A stretch of 59,705 nucleotides of DNA, filler included, from Globobulimina sp. (Eukaryota), in the NCBI GenBank assembly GCA_003354225.1. It is 9 parts of 9 records of this genome, joined end to end, with 100 filler letters (N's around TTAATTAATTAA, not from the genome) between each part and the next. Parts side by side here need not be neighbours in the genome. Positions count along the whole stretch, not along the records: positions 19,977 to 26,526 come from PIVH01000277.1; positions 26,627 to 33,168 come from PIVH01000278.1; 7 more parts are not named here. One strand, given 5' to 3'. Below the pieces are notes generated by a model, which made no database searches, was not told the DNA's origin, and saw only the letters and a program-made list of their open reading frames with translations. Below, one piece after another: positions 21,621-33,268 of the stretch; position 1 is the first letter of the stretch, and each line of letters opens with the position of its first letter. Position numbers and translations under genes: made by a program.

Positions 21621-22688
21621 TTATATTTGTCGATTTGTATCATCATTCAAAAATTCTAATTCTTGTAACAAATTGCGATAATCCAACCATCGCATTTCCT
21701 CTAAACAATCAATAACAGATATCCACGCTTCGCATTGTTCAGTTATTGGTCCCAAACGTTTTAATTTTTGTTTTATCCCTAAAAAAACATGTTCAGCAAT
21801 GTTTAACAATGGATAATAAGCTGGTAAATATAATACATAGCAACCAAATTTATCACAAAAATCATCAATCATAGCACGATTATGCCAGCTCGCATTATCC
21901 ATTAATAAAATAGAATTTGCATATGGATATGGATTAATCTGTTCATATAAACTAGTCCATAGGAAATCCATAAAACTCCATTTATCAAAATTATCCCTCG
22001 ATAAAACATAATCTACAACACCATGGTAGTTTGCCGCTAATAAAATATTTAATTTAAAACCTCTTAAATATGATACTGTGTTGTAACAAGGTCTTCCTCT
22101 GGGTGAACGACCATAATATCGGTTATGACTTCGATCATTTCTCCATGATTCATCGATGAATAACAATTGTGAATATGCAGTACATATTCTATCAAACACA
22201 ATCCAAAAAATCGCGACTTCAGTAATTGAATGTTCTCTAGAGATCTAATTGAGTTATCAAAAGTAAAAACGTACAATGCAGCACATTGAAAACTAAACTT
22301 TTGCTGCGCGTTTAAAGGTAAAAACTAAGCGTTCAGTCATATAATAATGGAGAGCTGTTTCCGAAACATGAATTCCATTATTTCCTAATATTGTCCTAAA
22401 TTCAAATAATGTAGTTGATGGATTGCGATATACTTGTGCTAACACAATAAATTGGCCAAATAATGTTAATTTATGTCTTCGTTTAGGATGTAAATAATGC
22501 CTATTTTGTTTTCTAATTACCTCTAAAGGTGTTAACACATCACCAGTTGTGTCAAATATACAACTTAAAGTCCATACATATTGCCTGCTAATATCATGAA
22601 TCTCGCAAATTTGAGAGAGTGGATAATTACCTCTGCGACATGCTTTTAAAATGGCCCATCGTTGTGCAACAGGTATGAGTTTTGGCAT
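21621..22688 (-). mobile_element. IS630/Tc1-mariner DD34E transposase, ~337 aa, one intron (22245-22298)
   Basis: An N-terminal HTH-like exon and a catalytic exon with FIDES, LMDNASWH and YLPAYYPLLNIAE. There are 34 residues between the second D and E. A 54-nt GT-AG intron restores the frame. Confidence 0.88.
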
Positions 22689-22818
22689 TCTGTCAGGAAA
22701 GTTAAGAAATTTGATCTCTTAGCTAGTTGTGTTTCTGAAGCCATCTTAGTAGTAGGGTCTGTTTTTAAAGTGAAAAGATTTACAAAGTTAATTAAAAACT
22801 AAAAAAAAAAAACAAATA

Positions 22819-24883
22819 TTATTGATTGTTATTTACTTTTCTTTTCTTTACCGGGGGTGGATTGTAAGGATCCACTTTAAAATTGTGTAATGTTTGTTTA
22901 TTAAAGCGAGCACCATTTTCGTCCTCATAATGTCCGAATCCATCATCCGTCGGTTCATAACTACCCATCCCTCCATCATTGCCAATGCCTCCATCATTAT
23001 TGCCAGTCCCTCCGCCATTGTTGTTGCCAATCCCTGCACTCAATGCATCTGTCAATGCCAATGCCTCCAACACTGACAATGCCTTCATCCCACTGTTAAT
23101 GCCTCCATCACTGACAAGGCCTTCAACACTGCCAACGCCTCCAACACTGCCAATGCCTCCATCAATGCCAATGCCTCCATCCTCCGACATTTCTTTCTGA
23201 TGCGGTCCATCCGTTACCATACTTAACCAATATTGCTCCGCGTCTTGTTTACTGATATCTTTATTTTTCTCTAAGTAATTCTTGCCGAATTCTTGCATTT
23301 GTTCCCGCATAAATCCTGTACATTCAAAAATTTTTACTGCTTTCTCCAGTGCGCTGCTTTTCTCGTCTAATAATATGCTGTTGACGCTGATTTGCTCAGC
23401 CAATTGATCACTTTGCTGTGTAGAAATTTTGTATAGCAAAAGAGATACATCGGAATAAATCAAAACCTACCGATTGTAAAATGTCGAAAAGTTGCTTACG
23501 ATCTTGCAACAGTTGTGCTAATTGTTGCTTTGCGAAGATTTGCCATTCATACATTGACTGCAACTGTTGTGTAAATGTGTGCAACTGATTTTGTGCGGGA
23601 GGTGTTGTAAATTGTCTCCGAGTCACCCTGGACCCAGCCATTCTTGTTTGCCCTGCATCTTTAAAATAAGACATAGACGTGCCGGCATATTTCCTTTGTA
23701 TTATGCTTTGTTTTTTCTTTCTTCCGACACTGTTAACACGTGGTTTGTTGTCTGGTTTACTAAGTGGTTTGTTGTCGGAATTATCACCACCATTTGTGTC
23801 GGGTTTCATTGGTTTACTAAGTGGTTTGTTGTCGGAATTATCATCATCATTTGTGCCGAATTTCATTGGTTGTTTGTTGTCGGAATTAGCACCACCGGCA
23901 TCATTATAATCATTATCGTCACTATCTGGCGAACAAAGATTTACCTGATGCCCACGTTTAACTGCGCTACGTTTACCTGTACAATGGGCGAATAAATTAA
24001 CTGCGCCACGCTGATTAATTTGCATTTGACGCTGATTGGTATACGGGCTTCCTAATCCAAAATTAACTCTTTTATCATACATAACAGGCAAATACTTTTT
24101 GGAGATATGTTCTCTAACGTCATGCATTGACATTTTGCCATTTGCCATATTAAATGCCAATTTCATTAAATAATGCTCAGATTTAATTTCTGGTAAAAGC
24201 CCAGCTTTGGCCACTACGTCTTTGATATCTGCAAAAGTAGCCTGAACTTTATCGTCCATCTCTTTCTTCTCCGCTTGTTTCAAATTGGATCTGGTTTGTT
24301 TTTTTAATATTTTTTGTGCCGCCACAGTCATCAAAGTCGGTGCTAATGCTGATGATGCGCTAATTTCTGCACCTATAATTGTTTACCACACACTACTATA
24401 TATATAAAAAAAAAGGCAAAACAGATATTTGAACATACAAAGGAATCCTTCTTTTTGTTTTCTTTGTCGTTGGAATTTAATCAGTATGTGGTCACCTTTA
24501 GGCGGCGTCCACCACTCCATAGGAAAAAAATCTGAATCAAATAAGTCAGTGTCATGCTCGATTGATGTCCATACTTTATCGAGACGCACTGCACATCCAA
24601 TATTATCCCCTGCCATATCACAGCCATGGCCATCCCTTTTTGCACAGCCATATAAAGCCTGGATAAATGCAGCGGATAGCTCAATTGTTGATTGCGAAGC
24701 TGATAAACTCGATAAAACAGCAACTTTTAGTCGATATCTGGTGAACTCTGGATAATTTCCCGCTGATTTTGCACACGTTTCGACCTGAATAAAATAAAAC
24801 AATTTAGTTGCTTTAATAAACTCTTGTTTGGTCTGATGCGCTAATGATTTGCCTGTGTCCGTTGTAAGATCGAAGTCATTCAT
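22819..24883 (-). CDS. Hypothetical ~647-aa protein with internal repeats and a C-terminal NLS-like motif; introns 24373-24438 and 23416-23470
   Basis: Three ORFs join in frame across two GT-AG introns. The product has NSDNK(P/Q) repeats x3, GGIG-type Gly repeats, and ends PPPVKKRKV. Confidence 0.65.
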
Positions 24884-25077
24884 ATTATTTGGGCAATGTC
24901 AATTAAAAAGATATTTACTAATTTCGAAACGATGACAGTTTGTAAGTGTGGTTTTTTTTTTTTAAAATCTTCAAAACTTTTAATTTCTTAAAAACAGTAC
25001 TTTTTTTAGATTATTGGGTTTCCCTGAAAAAAATAAATCATTTAGAGCTAGAAATGGAGAACAAATAAATAAATAAA

Positions 25078-26481
25078 TCATTTAGAGCTACACCATATGT
25101 CAGACGAGCCTATATGTTTCGTAAGATGTAATATTGATTCTTTTGTAATTCCATAATGGCTCAGAGACATTTTATCAACTAACAATATCCCACGAAAAGT
25201 TAATCTTTGTTGAATGGAAGGTATGCCTTCTATCTTGCAAATTTTATCTTTAACTTTTTTTACTGTTTCATTTTGTTCAACATTCAATTTTATTTTTTTC
25301 CCAGTGAACATCCTCACAAATATTTGCATAGCATTATGTACTAATATTGAATTTGCAAAAAAATTATGTATCTGATTAATACATAAAGTATAGACCAATA
25401 CGTTATTACTCAAATTTACAAACTTGATGCATGAAACTTAAACTGTTTCCAACTTATTGTTTAATACTTTATCTCCAACACACAGTTGGTCACAAACCAA
25501 ATCAGACGAACTCAACTCAGCACTACACCAACTTTGTTTATTTGAAACAAATATGGGATGTCCAACAGTACAAACTATTTCATTATGATCACATAATGTA
25601 ATCACAACTAACTCATTCACAGAATATTGTGATATATTATCAACATGATATATTTCAAATGCATTCTTCTCTAAATTAAATGTTGTGACAGCATCACCAA
25701 TTTCAACACATTCGATATTTATCTCTTTATTATGTGTTGTCAACACCTTTGTGCCAGCAACAAAGCATCCGACTTTACGCATAATTACTAAACAAACATT
25801 ATCATCAGAATTGCTTAATATATCATTATCAAATAATTGCTTCCCATCAAATATAATTTTTTGTTGCGATGTTTCAATGTTATATGATTTATAAATAGCA
25901 TTTTTCAGTTCTCTTACTGTTTTATTTTGACATAAATTTATTTCCCATATCCCATGATCCAATGTCTTAACATTTATTGTTTGGTGGTTGTTTGATGATG
26001 TAATAATATTATTAATATTATTAATATTATTATTGTTACTTACTGGCATTTCGAATGTGTAGTCTTGTTTAGCTGTAATAATACTATTATTGTTACTTAC
26101 TGGCATTTCGAATGTGTTGTCTTGTTTAGCTGTTTGTTGCTTGTTTGATGTAATAATATTATTATTAATATTATTATTATTACTTACTGGCATTTCTAAT
26201 TTTGATTGAATTTCCAAAACAGCAGATACAAATTTAAGTTGTTGAACAATATTATCAGTTAATGCAGCTGCAATTTTATTCACATTGCATGCAGATTTCA
26301 TATAACCAGTCAATAAAAAATGCAATGTAATTTGTTCTTTCTTTATATTTGATTTTATTTCTTGTAAATGATATTTACATATAAAATCATCCATATTTGC
26401 AACATCCTTTTTCACTTTTTCTCTTTTTCTCTTTTTACTTTTTTTCTTTTTTTTATTCTTTTTCTCTTTCTCTTTTTCCAT
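25078..26481 (-). CDS. BUBL-type protein: ubiquitin-like domain, Hint (intein-like) domain, ubiquitin domain; one in-frame TAA at 25438-25440; probably 5'-partial
   Basis: UBL ending RKVG, then Hint CFVAGTKV...TVGHP...L.VGD...VYTL...HNFFANSILVHN (25333-25767), then A-MQIFVRMFTGKKI...IEGIP..QQRL. The two track ORFs are in the same frame, separated by a single stop. Confidence 0.88.
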
Positions 26482-26526
26482 TTCCTTTTTCTTTTTCTTT
26501 TTCTTTTTCTTTTTCTTTTTCTTTTT

Positions 26527-26626
26527 NNNNNNNNNNNNNNNNNNNNNNNNNNNNNNNNNNNNNNNNNNNNTTAATTAATTAANNNNNNNNNNNNNNNNNN
26601 NNNNNNNNNNNNNNNNNNNNNNNNNN
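26527..26626. other. Artificial contig spacer
   Basis: 44N + TTAATTAATTAA + 44N. Confidence 0.99.
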
Positions 26627-26628
26627 TC

Positions 26629-27645
26629 ATGTTTTTTGATACATTACACAATGTAATCACACCGGAAATGGATCACGGCGTGATAGAGTCGACACATTTT
26701 ATGTGGACAACGCGAGTCATTGATATAATATCCACCATAACCATTGGTATTATATTTTTTACCCACATGTACACTGTAATTTCATTCCATCGCAGCTATA
26801 AACGAAATACATCATTGGTAAACATGACCGATGCATTAGAATCATGGAACAATACATTAGCTATTTTGACATTTTTATTCATTTTATCTCAATTTGTTTT
26901 ATTATTGTTATTAACCTTGAATATCTGGGAAATAATACCTATCACATTCCCCTGTGATATTATTGTTTTATTAATGGTTATTTTATATCATTTATCAAAA
27001 TCAATTTTTTATTGCATATTAATAACTCGTTTACAAGTTGCTTTTTGTTTAAGTTCAGTACAATATCGCAACTCTACCATAACGTTATTATATTTATTTG
27101 TTGTTTTGTATACAATATTTGTGTGTATTGGTACACCATTTATAATTTTCGGTGTATGGCTAACAAATCCAATTAATTGGTGCCATATCCATACGCATGA
27201 TTCAGTGTTGTCGTCGATATCTATCGGTATCTGGATATTTTTGGATGTGATAATTTCCATAATTCTCTGTTATTTATTCATAAGACCACTAAAAAAAGTC
27301 TTGCAATTAATTGACCAGAACCAAATGAGATTTACTGCATTATATATTAAGTATGCATTGTTAACATATATTTCAATCATCTTAAATTTAGTGAGTTTAT
27401 TATTATATTTATTTGATCATTTCACCATTTTAATTGAGATCACTGCCGCAATTAATTGTATTTGTATCATATTAATGCATGCGAGAAATGACGCAATCTT
27501 TGTTTTTTTTTGTGGCTGCACTGTGAATTTTGTTATGAGTAAAAAAAAGAAAAAAGAAACGGAATCATTGCGAAGTATAAATACAAAAACAATAGTTTCT
27601 GAATGTCAAACAAAGGAAAGTAAGACTGTAGGCACAAATGTATAG
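26629..27645 (+). CDS. 7TM GPCR-like membrane protein
   Basis: 338 aa with seven hydrophobic segments, Cys in the presumed ECL1 and ECL2, RL after TM3, and FIRPL after TM5. Confidence 0.7.
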   Translation: MFFDTLHNVITPEMDHGVIESTHFMWTTRVIDIISTITIGIIFFTHMYTVISFHRSYKRNTSLVNMTDALESWNNTLAILTFLFILSQFVLLLLLTLNIWEIIPITFPCDIIVLLMVILYHLSKSIFYCILITRLQVAFCLSSVQYRNSTITLLYLFVVLYTIFVCIGTPFIIFGVWLTNPINWCHIHTHDSVLSSISIGIWIFLDVIISIILCYLFIRPLKKVLQLIDQNQMRFTALYIKYALLTYISIILNLVSLLLYLFDHFTILIEITAAINCICIILMHARNDAIFVFFCGCTVNFVMSKKKKKETESLRSINTKTIVSECQTKESKTVGTNV

Positions 27646-28085
27646 CATTTTTATATTAATATTTTTAATTTATGGTTGCTATTAGCACATAAATACATAA
27701 TTCAACACAATTTATACAAGTTTTTTATTTTATTTTTTGCAATTTTTTTTTATTATTTTAATTTGTTAAGGTTTGTTTGTTTTGTTTTCGTGTTTGATCG
27801 ATCATGTTTTGAGAAAATTGAAAACATTTTCCAATTCAAAAATGTGTGCATCAAACATGACAATGTTTTGAATTATTTCTAAATTCAAAATATAAGAGCA
27901 ATTTTTTCATGACAATGTTTGAATATTCCGCATTTTTATGGCGATTATAATTTTAATTTTAAATGTAATCAGGACTGGTGGTATACGTATTATATTTGTT
28001 AATAATCAAAATATCAGGACTGTTATCAAAATATTTTCCCCAAAGCAAAGTGAGTGAAATTACAATAAAACCTCATATCCAAAGA

Positions 28086-28898
28086 ATGGTGAAAGATTGC
28101 TTTGGTAATCGTCGCATACGAGTCTTATTATTCACCCTCACATTAATGTTTTGGTCAATATTTGCATTTTCCTGTGAAATTGATGCAGCAAATGACAGCA
28201 ATTCAAATACTCCAAAAATCCGAGTGTCTGCAGAGCTTATTATTTTTGTTGGTTCATTAATTGCATTTTTTGTAGAAGCATTAAATAAGAATAGTAATAA
28301 TATGGATGTCGTAAGTGGTGCATTTGTAATAATTGGATCTATTTTATATTTAATTGCAATGTTTATGGATTTAAATGGTATTTATGGAGAAACTGTATCT
28401 TATTTAATAGGAGCTCAATATTTAATACCTGGCGGTACCGCATTATTGGTTGGCATTGATATTACAGCGAAAGTGGATAACATTTTGAATAATATACGTG
28501 GGAGAATATGTATATTTACATTAATATTAGCAATATGTGGCATATTAACACTAATTTGGTATTTTAATCGTGATCAAAATGTATTGACTGGTAAGCAAAA
28601 ATGGTATGAATCTGGTTGGATATTAATCGTTGCCTCCTCACTTATTTTATTAATCATTATCGGATTGTTAAATAAAAGTAGTATTTGTTTATTCAATGTT
28701 TTATTTGGATTTATTTTATTTTGTGGTGCCTGTATTGTGCTGTATTTTGGAAGTGATATGACATATTCACAAAGCGATTTTTCTTGTGATATGAGGGATA
28801 TTGGATATTATATTATTGTATTTATTGACGCATTTGTGGTGATATGGGATGTTCAAGTTGGTGCAAGTGCTGATTCTGGTGGGTACCGTACATTTTAA
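28086..28898 (+). CDS. Multi-pass membrane protein of unknown function
   Basis: About 8 hydrophobic segments in two similar halves, each starting N(N)xRxRxxxF. ATG at 28086 is preferred to the GTG start. Confidence 0.65.
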   Translation: MVKDCFGNRRIRVLLFTLTLMFWSIFAFSCEIDAANDSNSNTPKIRVSAELIIFVGSLIAFFVEALNKNSNNMDVVSGAFVIIGSILYLIAMFMDLNGIYGETVSYLIGAQYLIPGGTALLVGIDITAKVDNILNNIRGRICIFTLILAICGILTLIWYFNRDQNVLTGKQKWYESGWILIVASSLILLIIIGLLNKSSICLFNVLFGFILFCGACIVLYFGSDMTYSQSDFSCDMRDIGYYIIVFIDAFVVIWDVQVGASADSGGYRTF

Positions 28899-29190
28899 AT
28901 TGTAAATAACTGTGCAAATATTCCAATGTGATTCTCTTTTTGTTTATGCATCTCATAATAATCCGGCCATAATTTATATTCTTGTGCATGTATGAAATTA
29001 ATTAAATCAATTTCAATGCATTAGTGCGAAAAATACGAATTAAAAGCGACTGATATGTGGTTTTGTTTTTAGATCAAATAAAAAAACAACAATTAATTTC
29101 ATGGGCATATGAAAAAAACCAATATCGATCATTTAAATAAGTAATAAAATCTCACTAAATCATAAACAATTAAAATTAAAACAAAGTCAT

Positions 29191-29751
29191 TTAATAATTC
29201 GGAATGAAATTTGGAATCATAATTAAACCCATTAGTATCGAGGCAGCAATAAATATAGAAATCCATCCCCAAATCGGCCAAATGGAAGCCACAAATGTTA
29301 CATAAGTCACAATGGTTAAAAATAATGTAGCATGGATATGTTGAGGATGGGTCGCATTAAAATCATCAATTTTTTCCTTTCTGCAACATGGTAAAAAGAA
29401 TGATAAATATAATACTAATGATACTACAGCCAACCATGAAGCGCCTGCAATATATAGTAATGGTAAAATTACCCGATCATCCAATCGAATCACACGTATC
29501 AAATCGCTGTATTTTATCACAAATAAAGCTAAACAAATCCAAAATAATGAATGTGCGTAAGTACTAATTTCATTTCCTATTTTTTTCGCACGCGAGTTTT
29601 TCATCATTCCCGGTATAAAAACTGGTCTATCACCCTCATCTTCAGTAGGAACACGAGTATATTTGTAATTGCTTCTGTTTTTTGTGTTTTGATTCTTCAT
29701 TTTTTTAAAATCACAACGATGGGATGTTGGCAAGTACTTAAAGTTGTGCAC
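29191..29751 (-). CDS. TMEM128: Transmembrane protein 128-like
   Basis: HSLFWI...DLIRVIRLDDRV...YLSFFLP...IWPIWGW, 4 TM. The true start is probably an internal ATG. Confidence 0.7.
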   Translation of the reverse strand: MHNFKYLPTSHRCDFKKMKNQNTKNRSNYKYTRVPTEDEGDRPVFIPGMMKNSRAKKIGNEISTYAHSLFWICLALFVIKYSDLIRVIRLDDRVILPLLYIAGASWLAVVSLVLYLSFFLPCCRKEKIDDFNATHPQHIHATLFLTIVTYVTFVASIWPIWGWISIFIAASILMGLIMIPNFIPNY

Positions 29752-29842
29752 TTAAAAAAACATTTTAAATAAATCTTTTTGTCCACATCTAAATTAAATG
29801 CATTTTAATTAATTAATTATCATAAATACAGCAAGCAAGATG

Positions 29843-30468
29843 TTAACAATCAAATTCATTATTTTTTGCGATGACATTATTGCATTTCCTGCAATAATGA
29901 TAATGACCATATGAACAATCAAAACATGGAACAAAACAACATGAGAAAGCAAACAATGAAGCAATGCATAACCCCCAAAATTTAGTTGCTCGATCTTTTT
30001 TTACTCGTGTTGGCGCAGTCTGGGTATTAGAATTATTTTAATAAAATTAATTGAAACATGTACACGCGATATTTATGAGCAAAATACATAACATACGTGT
30101 CCGCATAATGTACAAGTAACAATGCATGGTCTCGTTCCTCGTGGCATGCCAACTGTTGGTGTATGCCGAATTTGTTGCAATTGCATTATTGGTCGTTGTA
30201 CAATGATAGGTTGTGTGGTATGATTTGGTTGAACAATAATAGGTGTTTGTTGTTGCATTGGTGCATACGTTTGTTGATGCATTGGTTGATATGTTTGTTG
30301 ATGTATGGGTTGAAGTGTTGGGGGTTGGTATCCATGTGCGGGATTAGACAATATCGGCTGTTTTTGTATATTGATTGTTTGCGGTTGCTCTGGTTTGTAT
30401 GCTGGATTATAATTGTATGTTGGCGCCTGTTGCCTTGGTACTTGTTGATTGTATTGTTGTCCTTCCAT
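29843..30468 (-). CDS. LITAF-domain (zf-LITAF-like) protein with a Pro/Gln-rich N-terminus, one intron
   Basis: PCIVTCTLCGH, then an intron, then TAPTRV...CCFVPCF...HYCRKCNNVIA. This is the CxxC / hydrophobic / HxCxxC architecture. Confidence 0.85.
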
Positions 30469-30530
30469 GATTTGCACGGATTTTGTTGGAGATTGCAACT
30501 GTAAATGTTTTTAACTAAAAACCATTGTCA

Positions 30531-30983
30531 ATGATGGATTTCCTTTATGGATTTGTTACAACCAATATTGTTGGTTATGCTGCTGCACTATTGATTAGCA
30601 TAATATTTGGTGTTTTATGGTATGGACCTATTATGGGAGAAGTTTGGGCTGAGGGGCATGGTGTTTCTTTGTCTGATAAAAAGAAAATGGAAGAATTAAC
30701 AAGCGTCTTTAATGAAAAATCAATGCTATCAACAATGTGCGTGTATTTAGTTAGAATATTGGTCGTTGGGTATGTTGCAGAAACGACAAATTGCAAAGCT
30801 GTAACTGATGGCCTGTTATTGGGTGCTATATTATTTGTAGGTTTTGCATTGCCATTAACAACTGTGAAATATGCATATAATCCATCTGGTAAAAGGATAT
30901 TATTATTATTTGATTTAGCATATCAAATGATACATTTCTTATTATTAACTGCATGCATTGTTTATTTTAGTAGTATCGAATAA
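30531..30983 (+). CDS. DUF1761-family membrane protein
   Basis: GVLWYGPIMGEVW motif, 4 TM, and C-terminal DLAYQ. Confidence 0.75.
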   Translation: MMDFLYGFVTTNIVGYAAALLISIIFGVLWYGPIMGEVWAEGHGVSLSDKKKMEELTSVFNEKSMLSTMCVYLVRILVVGYVAETTNCKAVTDGLLLGAILFVGFALPLTTVKYAYNPSGKRILLLFDLAYQMIHFLLLTACIVYFSSIE

Positions 30984-31230
30984 AAAAATCTAAAAACGAA
31001 ATTATTAAGTTGCACGATATGTGTTTTTCCAGAACTTAACCAATTTATTTTGTAAATCAACTGGTATATCACGCATTTAGTGTCGTTCAGTCGTAGCTCG
31101 TAGGGATGTGTCCGTAATCTTTGAGCTAGCCAGAAAATAAAGATCTAGATCATCTGACATATTTCATGCTAAATGTCAAAAATCATCACGATAAACTGAA
31201 TAAAGCGTGGATTAAAATAAGTACAGTAAA

Positions 31231-32710
31231 TCACGCTTTGATTATTGTGAAACAATCTTGCGGGAATCTATTGTGTATCCAATTATTTGTGAACTTAGTT
31301 ACATATATTCGTGGATCTAACACTATTCGCGATAACAATTCACTACAAATCCAACTACGACTTGTAACATGATGATCATATGATATTTCCCAATGCGCCT
31401 TAACAATTATTTGCAGATTATCCTTACTATGCGCTGTATTTAATAATTCACATAATTTTAACAACGGAAATGTATATTTACTAAATGGAACGCGATTTGT
31501 TGTCTCCAATGTCACGGTATTCAAATTCTTAAACAATTCAAATAAAATTGGTTTCGGTAAAAACGAACCGTTTCTAAACACCAAATACCTCAATTCCAAA
31601 AAATATTTATCAATACCATGCAAATTCAATATAATGTGCCTTTTCTGATTACAAAATGATTCAAATGTTTTGTTAACATAATCCACAAATTCATTACTTT
31701 CTACATTTAATTTATGCCGCATCAATTTCTCTAAAATATCACAGTCCGTTTCTGCAATTTCATTATTTGTATCTACATTTTGCATATCAGCTCCGTTTAG
31801 CATCGAATCAAAATAAAATAACGCATGGAAAAATGGTCTGAAAATATTATCTGTATTGTCAACCTCAAGCACATTGGCATTCAGTGCATACCTGAAATCT
31901 CTGTGTGTTTCAATATTTCGAACACTTTCTACTTTTATGCAATGTCTACCGCCCATAAATAACCTCTCTTCTTCGGCATTATAATTTGAAATCCATGAAC
32001 AATTAAAAAATTTCAGATATTCACTGTAAAAGTCACCGTTATTATTCAACTGAATAATAATACCATGATCTCCTCCAAATCGTGTAGCTACTTCGATATA
32101 CTTACTCGTAGACGTCGGACCAAATAATCTGATGTTGAATTGTGGAATAATGCAAACAAATGACATTCCACAATAAAATGGTCCAATGGTCCCGGTCCAT
32201 TCATTGCTTTTCTTATCCAAATATCCTTTATGATCACCAAATAATTCCACAGTTTCCCTGAGAATCTTTGATACATTCCAATATTCGCGATTTCGTCGTT
32301 TAATGGATGACAGTAATTCAAAGGAACGATTTCTTCGAAACGTTGATGAAAATGCAGTGCAAAAATCAGAATAATCACAGTATAAAATCACACAAATTAG
32401 ATTTTCGAGTGTAAATTTTGAATGCTGTTTGATTCCACAATGAATAAAATCACTGCAGGAAGACATAGATTTAATGCGTTTGCATTGCCTAAAGTTTTCA
32501 GCTTTTTTTACAATATCAAGCCAGGCGCAATTAGGTACCACACAGATGTTATTATTTAATACCTCCTCTTGAAGTGAGGCATATTTCTGTCGAATATACA
32601 ATTCTTTGGGTAAATGATTAATGTCGCCATAATTATGTCTAATACGCGTTTTATTTTTGTAATACGGCCAATAATAAAATATGAATCCTGTACTGAATGA
32701 TGACTCATAA
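31231..32710 (-). CDS. Putative ADP-ribosyltransferase-fold protein; upstream exons missing
   Basis: ILYCD...FSSTFRR...PFYCGM...GPTSTS...VATRF...SNYNAEEERLF. The frame stays open upstream (FSTGFIFYYW) to a splice acceptor near 32711. Confidence 0.6.
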
Positions 32711-32920
32711 ACTAAACAAAAATTATATAATTAATTAACAAAATGTATACTGAAGAGAAATGTGATGGTATGTAGACATGCTATATGTACGTATTTGTTA
32801 TAGTTGAAATGATGATGTGTACAAATTCTTTGTTTTGTATATTTGGAATCTATACGTATTTGCTTAATTTGTTTTTGATATATTTTTTTTACATCATTAG
32901 CGCGTACGTGGCGCGATGGT

Positions 32921-33163
32921 TTGCGTGATAATTTGGCAGAATATGGCCTTAGTTCCAAGGAAATAGAAAAATTGCGAACTTTTATCAATGAACAAGAATT
33001 TGACACTGATGCTGTTTCCTATGACGTTGAAGATTTTATGGATAATATATTTCGAAACAAAATGAATACTTCCAATATAATCAGCCATTTGAATAATGAT
33101 AAAACAAAATTGAATGTGGTTGTACAATACGCAAATGATAGTACCAGTATGTATTTTTTTTGA
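32921..33163 (+). CDS. Exon fragment of a hypothetical protein (EQEFDTDAV motif)
   Basis: 80-aa open frame ending at a GTATGT donor next to the contig edge. Confidence 0.35.
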   Translation: MRDNLAEYGLSSKEIEKLRTFINEQEFDTDAVSYDVEDFMDNIFRNKMNTSNIISHLNNDKTKLNVVVQYANDSTSMYFF

Positions 33164-33168
33164 CCAAA

Positions 33169-33268
33169 NNNNNNNNNNNNNNNNNNNNNNNNNNNNNNNN
33201 NNNNNNNNNNNNTTAATTAATTAANNNNNNNNNNNNNNNNNNNNNNNNNNNNNNNNNNNNNNNNNNNN
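33169..33268. other. Artificial contig spacer
   Basis: 44N + TTAATTAATTAA + 44N. Confidence 0.99.

Noticed and set aside
21621-24883. Fanzor/TnpB nuclease associated with the IS630-like transposase
   Set aside because: No RuvC or zinc-ribbon motifs were seen in the neighbouring ORFs.
25033-25090. 18-bp direct repeat ATAAATCATTTAGAGCTA as a target-site duplication
   Set aside because: The copies are only ~40 bp apart, which fits a local duplication at the gene end.
26400-26526. (TTTTTC)n tract and Phe-rich plus-strand ORFs
   Set aside because: This is the antisense of a low-complexity KE repeat at a contig edge.
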